From: a virus | Lineage: Duplodnaviria > Caudoviricetes | Direction: 5' to 3' (one strand) | IMG/VR virus record: IMGVR_UViG_3300044274_000314 | Span: 1 to 52,166 of that record | DNA: 52,166 nucleotides | Part shown: positions 36,885 to 45,820 of the stretch, in pieces | Layout of the letters: each line of letters starts with the position of its first letter | How positions within the stretch are numbered: position 1 is the first letter of the stretch | Notes under the pieces: generated by a model | What the model was told of the DNA's origin: nothing | What the model saw: the letters and a program-made list of their open reading frames with translations, nothing else | Databases searched by the model: none | Program-made: the position numbers and the translations under genes

Positions 36885-37203
36885 GGAGCACACGCTCGTT
36901 CGCCTCCAGGAGTTCATATGCGCGCTCAATCTCGCAGGCCGCATCGACCATGCAGAGCGCTGCTTCCTTCAGCGCAGGGTGTCCCTTCTCCATCAGGCGG
37001 CTGGCCTGGGAGCGCATCTGCACCGCCAGCTTCCGCATCTGCTCTGGATACCGGTGCGGCTCGACATTCCGCATGACACCATCCGCATGCAGTGTTTGCG
37101 TCACCTGCGAGGGGTGGCATGGCACCCGGCGGGCGATCTCCATGTTGGTGCATCCCTCCGCGTGCAGCTCGCGGATTCGTGCGGCTTTAGATCCATGCTT
37201 CAC
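36877..37203 (-). CDS. Small HTH-containing hypothetical protein
   Basis: RIRELHAEG.T..EIARR......V; GTG start overlaps the upstream stop. Confidence 0.6.
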   Translation of the reverse strand: MKHGSKAARIRELHAEGCTNMEIARRVPCHPSQVTQTLHADGVMRNVEPHRYPEQMRKLAVQMRSQASRLMEKGHPALKEAALCMVDAACEIERAYELLEANERVLHD

Positions 37204-37730
37204 AGCAACATGCCTCCTGCTTCCTGAGCGATCGCAGCCTTGCGTTCGACCCATTGTTGAAAATCGTGCTCGAACCAGATCTGGACGCCGCGCAGGAACA
37301 CCGCGCAGGCATCCGCCTGGTCATGGTTTGCGGGAGAGAAGCCCCACTCGGTGGCGAGCCGGACTCCATGCTCTTCCTTTTGGGTCTTGGAGAACTTGCC
37401 GCTGCCGTAGCAGACCTTCTTGGCCTCGGCGTTGTTGATCTCGCGGACCCGGATGCGCTGCTGGTGGCAGCGGAGTTCAATCAGTGCGCCGAGCGAATAC
37501 AGCTTCCGGCGGCTCTCGAAGCTCTGCTTCCCGAACTGGATCGGGCCTTCATAGAAAACGAAGTCGACACCGTCCAAAGCGCGTTCCAGCCACTTGTCGA
37601 GCGCGTTCAGGGTGGGGCCGAGTTCCTTGCCAAAGGAGCCGAGCCCCAGCGATCCCGTTTTCACGGGACCGCCAGGGTGGCCCTTGCACCAACCCGTCCG
37701 ACTTGCTGAAGGGTCGATGGCGAGGATCAT
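37200..37730 (-). CDS. RuvC-like Holliday junction resolvase
   Basis: ILAIDPS..RTGW, VFYE, DQADA acidic motifs. Confidence 0.8.
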   Translation of the reverse strand: MILAIDPSASRTGWCKGHPGGPVKTGSLGLGSFGKELGPTLNALDKWLERALDGVDFVFYEGPIQFGKQSFESRRKLYSLGALIELRCHQQRIRVREINNAEAKKVCYGSGKFSKTQKEEHGVRLATEWGFSPANHDQADACAVFLRGVQIWFEHDFQQWVERKAAIAQEAGGMLL

Positions 37731-38137
37731 GCCGCGTCCTGGTTCGGGTCGGCGTCATCCCACTCTTCGTCGTCAGCGGAGTATCCCTTCGGACCATCAC
37801 CGCCATCGTCGTCGTTCGAGGCCATGTCCTCGATGTCCATCTGCCGGCCGATGCCGAGCTGGTCGAGCGCATGAACAAGCGCCCGGCGCGACCGGGAGGA
37901 TTCTGCGCTGTCGTCCTGCTCGAGCTTGTCGAACTTGCGGACGATCTTGAAGATCCAAGGGGGCAGCGAGTGCTGCTGGTTGAAGCGATCGAGTAATGCT
38001 TTCTGGGCATCCCCCTTCTCGCTCTTCTCGTCGTTCAGCGCCTCATAGTCATCGAGAGCTGTCCGGATGTCCGATTGGGTCGCCGGCACGAAGATCGTCG
38101 GCGCGTCGTCGGATTTATCTTTCGCATCCTTTGCCAT
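37727..38137 (-). CDS. GapR/DUF2312-like DNA-binding protein (distant)
   Basis: Helical L.DEK.E....QK......FK.VRK...ALDQLG pattern and acidic tail. Confidence 0.5.
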   Translation of the reverse strand: MAKDAKDKSDDAPTIFVPATQSDIRTALDDYEALNDEKSEKGDAQKALLDRFNQQHSLPPWIFKIVRKFDKLEQDDSAESSRSRRALVHALDQLGIGRQMDIEDMASNDDDGGDGPKGYSADDEEWDDADPNQDAA

Positions 38138-38304
38138 GCGAGAGGTTCCTTCTGTCAGGCAGGACTTCGTTTCAGCTATTGTTGGCCCAATAGCTCGCGG
38201 GACGCGGCGCCTGCCGGATGCCGGTCTCGATTTCGTTGAGGATCATCATTCCACGATCGATCAGCGCGTGACCGTCGAAGACCAGGTCACGGTCAGCCAC
38301 GGCC

Positions 38305-38730
38305 TCACCCATTGCGACCATCGCTTCGCCACGCGAAATCATTCTTTCTGCGGAACGGGTGCGCCACAGCACACGGGTTCGCAGAAACCATATCTGCAGA
38401 CGGAGACTGGCTGCTCTCAAGGCACGCCCGAAGACGCGCCGCTTCCTGTTCAAGTTCATCAATTTGCCTCTCCAGCCGGTCAGCGTGGGCTTCGATCTCG
38501 GGCGAAAACATCGCCAACAGCCCGTCGCGACCCATATCTTTAATGATTGCGAGAAGTGCCTCGCCTCGGGGCTCACGCCCCTCCTCTACCCATCCCCGCG
38601 CGGTCCTAAGATCGACGCCGGTCATCCGGGCACTGTGCTTTGCAGCGTCCCGTCCAAACCGCCCACGCAGGTAAGAACTAATCCGGCTTCCAAGCCGCAA
38701 ATTTTGGGGATTCTCGCCCTCGAATTGCAT
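38305..38730 (-). CDS. CII-like HTH regulator
   Basis: AK..ARMTG...RTA.GW.....EP.G..L..I followed by a coiled coil; GGAGGAG RBS; downstream of cro. Confidence 0.7.
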   Translation of the reverse strand: MQFEGENPQNLRLGSRISSYLRGRFGRDAAKHSARMTGVDLRTARGWVEEGREPRGEALLAIIKDMGRDGLLAMFSPEIEAHADRLERQIDELEQEAARLRACLESSQSPSADMVSANPCAVAHPFRRKNDFAWRSDGRNG

Positions 38731-38769
38731 GTCTCATCTCCTCCATATTCCGATCGGAAAGGAGGCCAT

Positions 38770-38979
38770 GTGAAAAACAGACCGGATGAACTTCGGGACG
38801 AGGCGCGTAACCTGGTCAGGGCCGCCTCTTTCCTTATCGTCAGTGCCGAGCGCAAACTTGAGCTTGCCCGGCAGCTGGAAGGGATGAGCAGGACGGGGAC
38901 GACGAAAGCGGGGACTGACGCCCCGCCCTGCTCCGGACGCGCCACCCGTCGGCAGGGTGAGGGAAACGCGCGCGAGTGA
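38770..38979 (+). CDS. Small antisense-oriented ORF, 69 aa
   Basis: GGAGG followed by GTG; helical N-terminal half; lies in the gap between cro-operon genes. Confidence 0.35.
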   Translation: MKNRPDELRDEARNLVRAASFLIVSAERKLELARQLEGMSRTGTTKAGTDAPPCSGRATRRQGEGNARE

Positions 38980-39050
38980 CGCGTCCGATTTCATGGAGCG
39001 CTGACATGCAGCGCACGAACAAAGGAAGCGGGAGGCTGTCGTCGCCGGGG

Positions 39051-39236
39051 TCATTGAGCCCCTCCGAACAAAGCAATGAACCCGGCGAAGATTGCCGCCC
39101 ACATCAAACTTGAGAGGCCAACGATGGTGACAAGACATGCCCACGCAGGCCAGCGCTCGCTGCCCGGCTCAATCCGCCAGTGCACCGTCCGGTCCTGGAT
39201 GCGCATCGGGCGCGGGATCGGGTGGGCGTGGCTCAT
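39051..39236 (-). CDS. Small single-TM protein
   Basis: ATGA-coupled to cro; hydrophobic C-terminus. Confidence 0.6.
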   Translation of the reverse strand: MSHAHPIPRPMRIQDRTVHWRIEPGSERWPAWACLVTIVGLSSLMWAAIFAGFIALFGGAQ

Positions 39237-39427
39237 GCGGCCGTCTCGTAGAAGTCGTTGGCCGAGACCTGACCATCCGTCGCCTTGGCAATCTCAAGGA
39301 CGATTTTCGGTTTCGGAACGCGCGTTCCCTGCTTGTAGCGATAGAGCGCCTGACGGGAGACGCCGATCTTTTCGGCGAACTCGGTGTCCGAGATGGAGTT
39401 GCTTGAGAGCCATTCAGAAAGTTTCAT
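39233..39427 (-). CDS. cro: Cro-like repressor
   Basis: MKLSEWL......EFAEKIGVS..ALYRY..G.R.P.......I..AT.G.V.ANDF; divergent from cI. Confidence 0.9.
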   Translation of the reverse strand: MKLSEWLSSNSISDTEFAEKIGVSRQALYRYKQGTRVPKPKIVLEIAKATDGQVSANDFYETAA

Positions 39428-39433
39428 GCGAGC

Positions 39434-39503
39434 TTTATGTAACCAGTCTGGTGACAATGCAAGTCACCATTCTGGATTATCGCGGTGTCCCCGTTCCGGT
39501 GAC
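39434..39503. promoter_or_regulatory. OR-like triple operator and cro promoter
   Basis: GTAACCAGTCTGGTGAC (39439), GTCACCATTCTGGATTA (39463), GTCCCCGTTCCGGTGAC (39487) at a 24-bp period; minus-strand TTGCAT-17-CATAAA brackets the first site. Confidence 0.8.
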
Positions 39504-39515
39504 ATGGTGGCTCCG

Positions 39516-40130
39516 ATGACAATGGACGGGAAATGGCCGAACGGACTCGCTGACCTGGTGGAGCGCCGCGACACCAACCAGGCGGAGCTGGCCCGGCACC
39601 TGAAGACCAGCCGGCAGAACGTCGGGCGGTGGGTCAAACAGTCACGAAAAATCCCCTTGGATATGGCGGAGAAGATCGCCGACTACTATAGGGTGCCGGT
39701 GACCGAGATTATTTACGAAGACGGCGGGGGCATCATTTCGGCCCCACTGATATCTTGGGTGAGCGCGGGGAAGCTGGCCGAGGTCCGCAAGTCCAGCACC
39801 ATTCAGGAAATCGAGGACGCGCCGCGCGTCCTGGCGCCGGACCTGCCGACAGGCGACTGGATCGCCCTCTCGGTCACAGGCGACTCCATGGACCGGATAT
39901 CGCCTCCCGACAGCGTGATCTTCGTGAACCTGAAAGAGAAGGCGCTTGTCCCGAACGCATGCTACGTCATCGCGGATGAAGAAGGCGACGCCACCTACAA
40001 ACGCTATCGCCCGGATCCGCCCAGGTTTGAGCCGGTCTCGGTCAATAGCGAGCACGAGCCTCTGTTCGTTCAGGACGGACAGTCCCCAACCATCATCGGA
40101 CGCGTCCGAAAATCGATCCTTAGTCTCTGA
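39516..40130 (+). CDS. cI: CI-like repressor (XRE HTH plus S24 peptidase)
   Basis: NQAELAR.L..SRQ.V.RW; VSAG cleavage site, GDSM (Ser), TYKRY (Lys); start uncertain by a few codons. Confidence 0.95.
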   Translation: MTMDGKWPNGLADLVERRDTNQAELARHLKTSRQNVGRWVKQSRKIPLDMAEKIADYYRVPVTEIIYEDGGGIISAPLISWVSAGKLAEVRKSSTIQEIEDAPRVLAPDLPTGDWIALSVTGDSMDRISPPDSVIFVNLKEKALVPNACYVIADEEGDATYKRYRPDPPRFEPVSVNSEHEPLFVQDGQSPTIIGRVRKSILSL

Positions 40131-40131
40131 A

Positions 40132-40701
40132 ATGTTTCAAAAAATCATCTATAGCGCCTGCCGGCACACTGTTGTCGCCGCCCTCATCGCCGCACCATAC
40201 GCCCTCGCCGAGCCTGCCGATCGGGAACCCGGCGTCGAGGTCGAGCATAGCCCCGGTGCCTACTCGACGCTCTGGGGCAGCATCGACGGCTGGGAGCTCT
40301 GGTCCATCGAGCTCGAGAGCGGCCGGGTCTGCGATGCACTGAAGGCACAGGATGGCAAAACCCTCCCCGCCCCCGCCTATGATGGCATTTTCGCCAACGC
40401 CGATCCGCACGTGATGATCCTCGGCAACGAGGCACTGCCCTTCAAGCTCTCGCAGATCCAGAGCCCGGACAAAGCCGATCTGGCAAAGGAGTTTCGACTG
40501 AAGGGTGAGCGGTTCTTTACCGAGTATCACTATAAGAACACGCACTGGGCAGACTTCGACGGCCAGGAAGTCGAATTCCATATCGCAGGTCGACGCCGCT
40601 CCGGCGAAACCTTCGACACCACCTTCACAATCGACATGACCGGATCAGCAGCCGCGTCAGCGTGGGTGGATGCCTGCCTGACGAAACCTGCCGCTCCGTA
40701 A
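40132..40701 (+). CDS. Exported protein co-transcribed with cI (superinfection-exclusion or lysogenic-conversion candidate)
   Basis: Starts 1 nt after the cI stop; signal-peptide-like VVAALIAAPYALA-E. Confidence 0.7.
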   Translation: MFQKIIYSACRHTVVAALIAAPYALAEPADREPGVEVEHSPGAYSTLWGSIDGWELWSIELESGRVCDALKAQDGKTLPAPAYDGIFANADPHVMILGNEALPFKLSQIQSPDKADLAKEFRLKGERFFTEYHYKNTHWADFDGQEVEFHIAGRRRSGETFDTTFTIDMTGSAAASAWVDACLTKPAAP

Positions 40702-40760
40702 GCTTTCGCCCCCAAAAATCGCAAACACATCACGCGGGGGCGAACTGCGCCATCGCGAGT

Positions 40761-40824
40761 GTCACCATTTTGGCAACTTTTTTCTCTGAAGCCGGTTGAC
40801 CTGTAACCACTCTGGTTACATGTT
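40761..40824 (+). promoter_or_regulatory. OL-like operators and early promoter
   Basis: GTCACCATTTTGGCAAC (40761-40777); perfect-arm palindrome GTAACCACTCTGGTTAC (40803-40819) right after TTGACC (40796-40801). Confidence 0.8.
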
Positions 40825-40846
40825 CGCGACACCAGAGGAGACCGAA

Positions 40847-41116
40847 ATGGCTACCGAGACCCCGTACCAACTGATCGAGCGGCTGCTGGCTTTCCGCGAC
40901 AGCGGCAAGCTCACCCGCGAAGAGCGCGACCTGATCGCGGACGCCTGCAACATGGTTTCGCGGCAGACCGACGCCCTTAGCCACGCTGGTTCTTACATCC
41001 GGCTCTGGACTGACGACCGGGAATGCAAGCTGCTCCCGACGCCTGAGAGCCTCGCTGAAGCGGCAACGCGGGTCGAGATCGGTCTCTCCAAGGCTTTCAC
41101 GGCGAGGGCTGCCTGA
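40847..41116 (+). CDS. Hypothetical early protein
   Basis: GAGGAG RBS; first gene after the early promoter. Confidence 0.7.
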   Translation: MATETPYQLIERLLAFRDSGKLTREERDLIADACNMVSRQTDALSHAGSYIRLWTDDRECKLLPTPESLAEAATRVEIGLSKAFTARAA

Positions 41117-41367
41117 TGGCCTATAATCCGGATGCCTCCCGCAATCTCACTTATCCGAACAGCATCGGTCCTGCGTCGATCACCGCCTTTGCGGATGCAG
41201 CGCCCGCCGGATCGTACACCGCCCGCCTGAAGGGCGAGGTCGCCATGTGGCTCCGCGAGCGCGGGCCTGACCATGAATACACGCAGGCCGCACGGAAGCG
41301 CCTCCACGATCACCTGATGCTGACCGGCCGGGAGCACCGGGCCGGGCAAGAGGAGCGGGCGGCATGA
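41116..41367 (+). CDS. Hypothetical early protein
   Basis: Stop/start overlap coupling. Confidence 0.65.
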   Translation: MAYNPDASRNLTYPNSIGPASITAFADAAPAGSYTARLKGEVAMWLRERGPDHEYTQAARKRLHDHLMLTGREHRAGQEERAA

Positions 41368-41570
41368 CACACCCAAGCGTAACCGCTGACCGCGTCATGG
41401 ACGCATGCGAGCGACAGATGAGTTCGCTCGACAATCCCGGCTTCTGCCTCGCCTGCGGGGCTGAGGCGGATGGATGCGAGCCGGACGCGGAGAACTACGA
41501 GTGTGAGGCCTGCGGTGAACACCAGGTCTTTGGAGCCGATGAAATTCTTCTGAGCCGGAGGTACGCATGA
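41364..41570 (+). CDS. Small zinc-ribbon protein
   Basis: GFCLACG.....EPDA..Y.CEACG. Confidence 0.75.
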   Translation: MTHPSVTADRVMDACERQMSSLDNPGFCLACGAEADGCEPDAENYECEACGEHQVFGADEILLSRRYA

Positions 41571-41911
41571 GCGGCTTCGTCATCGACTTTCACGCCGAGC
41601 GCAACGCCCGCATCGAAGAGGCGAACCTCGCCAACGCGCGCCGCCAGCTCGAAGCGGCTGCGGGCATGGCTGTCACCCACCTGATCGCAGGCCTGCCCGG
41701 CGCCGCCGAGGCTCAAGCCATCATGGACAAAGCATTCGCAGAGAGACTGCCGGAGGAGCTGACTGAAGAGTCGATCCTCCGGCAGATGGAGAACAACAAC
41801 GCAGGGACAGCTCACGGAGAGCAGCCGATTCCTAATCGGAAGGCGGGCGATGCATCGTTCGGGTTCGACTCCCCCTCCCTGCTCCAATCACATGAGGAGT
41901 CCGAAGGATGA
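41567..41911 (+). CDS. Hypothetical protein
   Basis: GGAGG RBS, ATGA overlap. Confidence 0.65.
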   Translation: MSGFVIDFHAERNARIEEANLANARRQLEAAAGMAVTHLIAGLPGAAEAQAIMDKAFAERLPEELTEESILRQMENNNAGTAHGEQPIPNRKAGDASFGFDSPSLLQSHEESEG

Positions 41912-42144
41912 TCCGATCACGATCCACCCGCGACCGCGAGCGCATCGACTATGAGGGCCACCGCGCCGTCACGATGCTCACGCTCGAAGCCATCGGCCTG
42001 AAGGTCCGGGGCGAGGAGCGAAAGGCCGAGGCCAGGTACCGGATGGCCCGCGACCTCGAGCGCGCGCTCAACGGCCAGCAGACCGGTTTCGACACGCTAG
42101 GCGGCCGCGGAGAGTGGTTGAAGCAGCGGGAGCAATCAGCATGA
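41908..42144 (+). CDS. Hypothetical protein
   Basis: ATGA overlaps. Confidence 0.6.
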   Translation: MIRSRSTRDRERIDYEGHRAVTMLTLEAIGLKVRGEERKAEARYRMARDLERALNGQQTGFDTLGGRGEWLKQREQSA

Positions 42145-42398
42145 GCGTCGACGGTAAAACGAACGAGGGCTTGACGCTGCACCTTGTCGAGGCGCTGCGT
42201 GGACTTCAGGGCGCGCAGTACCGCATTGTCACCGCTATCGAAGAGCTCAACGCGCCGAAGCCGGAAGGCATCCACGCGCACGATGAGACCGCTCTCCGCC
42301 TTACGGCTGAGGCGCTCGAACACAACGTCGATTTCATCAAGTACGCCAAGCAGACCTGCGATCTGCTGGCGGCGCGCATCCAGGAGACCAGAATATGA
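42141..42398 (+). CDS. Hypothetical protein
   Basis: GGAG RBS, ATGA overlaps. Confidence 0.6.
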   Translation: MSVDGKTNEGLTLHLVEALRGLQGAQYRIVTAIEELNAPKPEGIHAHDETALRLTAEALEHNVDFIKYAKQTCDLLAARIQETRI

Positions 42399-43318
42399 AC
42401 CCCATCAAACTCGAACCCGACCAGCAGATCACGGAGGATGGTGTCTACCTGATCCCGATCGAGCGTTACCACCATGACCCGAACCTCTGCGATGGTCCGT
42501 CTATCAGCTCCTCCGGCCTCCGGACGCTGATCACCTGCCCCGCTAAATACTGGGCCTATTCCATCTACAACCCTGACCGCCGGGAGCCGGAGGAAAAGCA
42601 GGTCTTCGCCTTCGGGAAGGCCGCGCACGCCCTGATCCTGGAGGGCGAGTTACCGCCCGATCAATTCCAGATTTCGCCCTTCGACTCCTTCCGAACGAAT
42701 GAGGCGAAGGCATGGAAAGCCGAGATGCAGGCGGCCGGCATCACCATCCTCAAAGAGGACGACATGGCGACGATCGCCGATATCCGGCAGGCGCTTCTCC
42801 GCGAGCCACTGATCCAGAGCGGCCTCTTCGACGGCGCCATCGAATGCTCGCTGGTATGGCGGGACAAGAAGACCGGGATCTGGCTGAAGAGCAGGCCGGA
42901 CACGATCCCCAACGATGACACGCTCGTAGACGCCAAGTTCGTCGCCGACGCCAGCCCGCGCGCGCTTTCCTTCGCCCTCGCTGACTATGGCTACCACATG
43001 CAATTCGCCCTCGGGATGGAAGGCATGGCGGTGGTCCTGAAGCGGGTCATCCAGAACTGCGCGATCGTCGCCTGCGAGAAGAAGTACCCGCACGTCACCC
43101 AGATCGGCGCGGTCGACCCTGAAGCCCTCGAATGGGGTGCACGCCTCAACCGCCAGGCGATCGATGAGTTCGCTGACCGGATGAGCACCGGAGACTGGCC
43201 CGGCTACGAGCCCGGGCCGATCACGATCTTCCTGCCCGATCACGTCAAGAAACGGCTGGAGGCAAACAAGAACATCATCCCTGAAGTCCCCAGCCTGGAG
43301 GAAATGACCCATGCCTGA
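42395..43318 (+). CDS. RecE / exonuclease VIII-like PD-(D/E)XK nuclease (DUF3799-like)
   Basis: YH......ISSSGL, FG.AAH..ILE, E.S..W.D..TG.WLK.RPD...D.K, Y.MQ, WPGY. Confidence 0.9.
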   Translation: MNPIKLEPDQQITEDGVYLIPIERYHHDPNLCDGPSISSSGLRTLITCPAKYWAYSIYNPDRREPEEKQVFAFGKAAHALILEGELPPDQFQISPFDSFRTNEAKAWKAEMQAAGITILKEDDMATIADIRQALLREPLIQSGLFDGAIECSLVWRDKKTGIWLKSRPDTIPNDDTLVDAKFVADASPRALSFALADYGYHMQFALGMEGMAVVLKRVIQNCAIVACEKKYPHVTQIGAVDPEALEWGARLNRQAIDEFADRMSTGDWPGYEPGPITIFLPDHVKKRLEANKNIIPEVPSLEEMTHA

Positions 43319-44357
43319 CACCGCAACCATCGGACACAACTCTGCCGCCATCGGTGAGATGATCACCGAAGACCCAGCCATCATCTTCCGCGACGAGGAG
43401 ACCCTCGCGCAGCTGATCGAGGAGATCGAGGAGAAGATCGCGGGCCGCGATGTGAACCTCGAATCCAATGCGGGGCGCACGGAGATCCGCTCCTTCGCCT
43501 ACCAGATCGCGCAACTCAAATCCGCGATCGACAAAGCAGGCGCAGATCTGAACACCGACCACAACGCTGCGATCAAGCGGGTGAACACGATCCGCAAGAC
43601 GGCCCGTGAGCGGCTTGATCTCCTAAAGGACAAGGCCCGCGCACCGCTGACCGAATGGGAGCAGGCGGAGGAAAGGCGAAAGGTTCAGGTCGACGATTTC
43701 TTCAACATGCTGAACAACGTTCCGAACGGAACGGTCAGCGCCTGCGAAGAATACCTTAAGTGGCTGGATAGCCTGCAGGTCGATGAGGAGCTCCTGCTCG
43801 ACCGGACGGCCGAGGCCCAGAACACGATCAACTCCCGCCGGACGCAGGTCCAGCAGGCGCTAGAGGAAGCCCGGCAGGCTGAAGCTGACCGCGCTGAGCT
43901 CGAAAAGCTCCGCCAGGAGAAGGCCGCCCGCGAGGAGGAGGAGCGCAAAGCCGCTGCTGCCAAGGCCGCGGCTGAGGCCGAAGAACGCCGCAAGGCCGAG
44001 GAGGCCGAACGCATCAAGGCCGCTGAGGAACGCGCCCGCAGGGAGGCCGAGGAGAAGGCCCGGGCCGAAGCCGCAGCCGCTGAGGCTGAGCGCAAGGCCG
44101 CTGAGGAGCGCAAAATCGCCGAGGCCAACAAGGCCAAGGAGGATGCCGAACGCCGCCTCCGCGAGAAGGAGGAGGCCGAGGCGAAGGCAAAGGCTGAGGA
44201 GGCCGCCCGCGCTGCCGACCGCGCCAACCGCGCCAAGGTCATGAACGCAGCTTCCGAAGCCATAGCCCGGATCGGCATGGTCTCGGACGCTGCCGCATCG
44301 GACATCGTCACCGCGATCATCGCGGGCGAGGTCCCCAACGTTTCACTCAAATTCTAG
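43311..44357 (+). CDS. Coiled-coil Ala/Glu/Lys-rich protein
   Basis: GR.EI.S.AY.IA..K..ID..G, R.PLTEWE..E, I..G.VP.VS..F; phage family often mislabelled TolA. Confidence 0.8.
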   Translation: MPDTATIGHNSAAIGEMITEDPAIIFRDEETLAQLIEEIEEKIAGRDVNLESNAGRTEIRSFAYQIAQLKSAIDKAGADLNTDHNAAIKRVNTIRKTARERLDLLKDKARAPLTEWEQAEERRKVQVDDFFNMLNNVPNGTVSACEEYLKWLDSLQVDEELLLDRTAEAQNTINSRRTQVQQALEEARQAEADRAELEKLRQEKAAREEEERKAAAAKAAAEAEERRKAEEAERIKAAEERARREAEEKARAEAAAAEAERKAAEERKIAEANKAKEDAERRLREKEEAEAKAKAEEAARAADRANRAKVMNAASEAIARIGMVSDAAASDIVTAIIAGEVPNVSLKF

Positions 44358-44366
44358 GAGGCCACA

Positions 44367-45620
44367 TTGGCAGACGGAAATCAGACAGGGGAACTGGTGC
44401 ACGCCACTTCGGACACGGGACTGGTCCCGGCCGGTGGCGGGTTCATGGCAGCCCCGAGGACCTTCGAGGACCTCAAGGAGATGGCCAAGTACATGGCCAA
44501 GGGCGAGCTCATGGTCGGCGCATCGGTCCGCGGCAATCCCGGCGACTGCATGGCTGTGATCATGCAGGCCGGACGCTTCGGCATGGACCCCTTCGCGCTC
44601 AGCCAGAAGACCTATGTGGTCACTGACAAAGCAGGTGTGCGGAAGATCGCGTATGAGGCTCAGGCCGTCACTTCCATGATCTTCGCCAGCCGCGCCATCG
44701 AGGGGCGCCTGCGATATCGGTATGAGGGCGAGGGGTTGAACCGCCGCGTCATCGTCACCGGTCGAGTAAAGGGTGACAAAGAGGATTGCGAGATCACCAC
44801 ACCCACGGTGGCGGAGATCAAGGTCAAGAACAGCCCGCTCTGGACCAGCGACCCGGATCAGCAGCTTGCCTACTATGGCTCGCGCGCATGGGCTCGGCGC
44901 CATACCCCGGACGTCCTGATGGGCGTCTATGACGTCGAGGAGTTCGAGTCGACGGGCCGCTATGTCGACGTCACGCCGGAACGCAGCCAGTCCCCTGCCG
45001 ATCGGCTCACCGCCTCGATCACCAAGAGTGCGGAGGAGCGGGCGCAGGAGCCGGCTGCCGAGCCGGAACCCAAGGAGGAGGTTCAGGACGCCGAGTTCGC
45101 CGAGGATCCTGAGAACGACCCTATTGACCGCTACGTCGATGATCTCCGTCGAGAGTCTCCTGCTTACCGGGAGATGTGCGGTGTCGATGAAGATGGAGAG
45201 CCGCTTGCTCCAGAACGCCAGGAAGAGGAATTCGCTTGCGCAAGTGAGGGGAATGCTCAGGGCGACCTGCTGGTCAGTCAGCCGAAGACGGACGGCAATG
45301 GCGCGAAGCTGAAGAAGTCCGCCCCCACAGGCCAGACCAGCGCCGCCGCCGCGGTCGAAAAGGCAAAGGCTGAAGCGGCCTCGGAAACACCGGAGAAGCC
45401 CGGCGACATGGTCCGCACCAGCGAAGGCGCGCTCGCATGGGCGCACCAATGGGCTGCCTATTACTGCTCGATCCCGAAGAGCGAGGAGGATTGGTTCATC
45501 GATGAGACCGCCGCCAGCATCCGGATCTGCAAATCAATCAATTCGCAGGCGGAGGACATCTTCAGCAATGCGATCAACTACGGCCCGGATGTCGCGGCCG
45601 ACAAGAAGGCCATGAAATGA
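44367..45620 (+). CDS. RecT-like single-strand annealing protein with a long acidic C-terminal extension
   Basis: GNPGDC.AV.MQA.R.GMDPF...QKTY.V, NSPLW..DP.QQLAY...R.WARR..P.V.MGVY; TTG start after GGAGG. Confidence 0.88.
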   Translation: MADGNQTGELVHATSDTGLVPAGGGFMAAPRTFEDLKEMAKYMAKGELMVGASVRGNPGDCMAVIMQAGRFGMDPFALSQKTYVVTDKAGVRKIAYEAQAVTSMIFASRAIEGRLRYRYEGEGLNRRVIVTGRVKGDKEDCEITTPTVAEIKVKNSPLWTSDPDQQLAYYGSRAWARRHTPDVLMGVYDVEEFESTGRYVDVTPERSQSPADRLTASITKSAEERAQEPAAEPEPKEEVQDAEFAEDPENDPIDRYVDDLRRESPAYREMCGVDEDGEPLAPERQEEEFACASEGNAQGDLLVSQPKTDGNGAKLKKSAPTGQTSAAAAVEKAKAEAASETPEKPGDMVRTSEGALAWAHQWAAYYCSIPKSEEDWFIDETAASIRICKSINSQAEDIFSNAINYGPDVAADKKAMK

Positions 45621-45820
45621 GCGAGGAGCCGGAAGCCCCCACGCACCAACAGCGTGTAGCGGACCTGGCCGTCGAATTCTCGCGGTTCATGGCCCGGCAG
45701 GAGGAGCGCGAGATCGTCGTCTGGCAGCACGTACTCGCTGAAGCACAAGTCACGCTGGCCAAGTGGGCCGCACAACCAGAGCCGGAGGGCGAAAATGAAC
45801 CTGATGATATTGGATACTGA
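45617..45820 (+). CDS. Hypothetical protein
   Basis: ATGA overlap. Confidence 0.55.
   Translation: MSEEPEAPTHQQRVADLAVEFSRFMARQEEREIVVWQHVLAEAQVTLAKWAAQPEPEGENEPDDIGY

Noticed and set aside
38172-38576. 134-aa minus-strand ORF overlapping the CII-like gene
   Set aside because: Largely overlaps 38305-38730, which has the RBS and HTH pattern. A shorter gene in its 3' part cannot be excluded.
43311-44357. TolA-like annotation for the Ala/Glu/Lys-rich protein
   Set aside because: Similarity is compositional only; there is no TM anchor, and the context is the recombination module.
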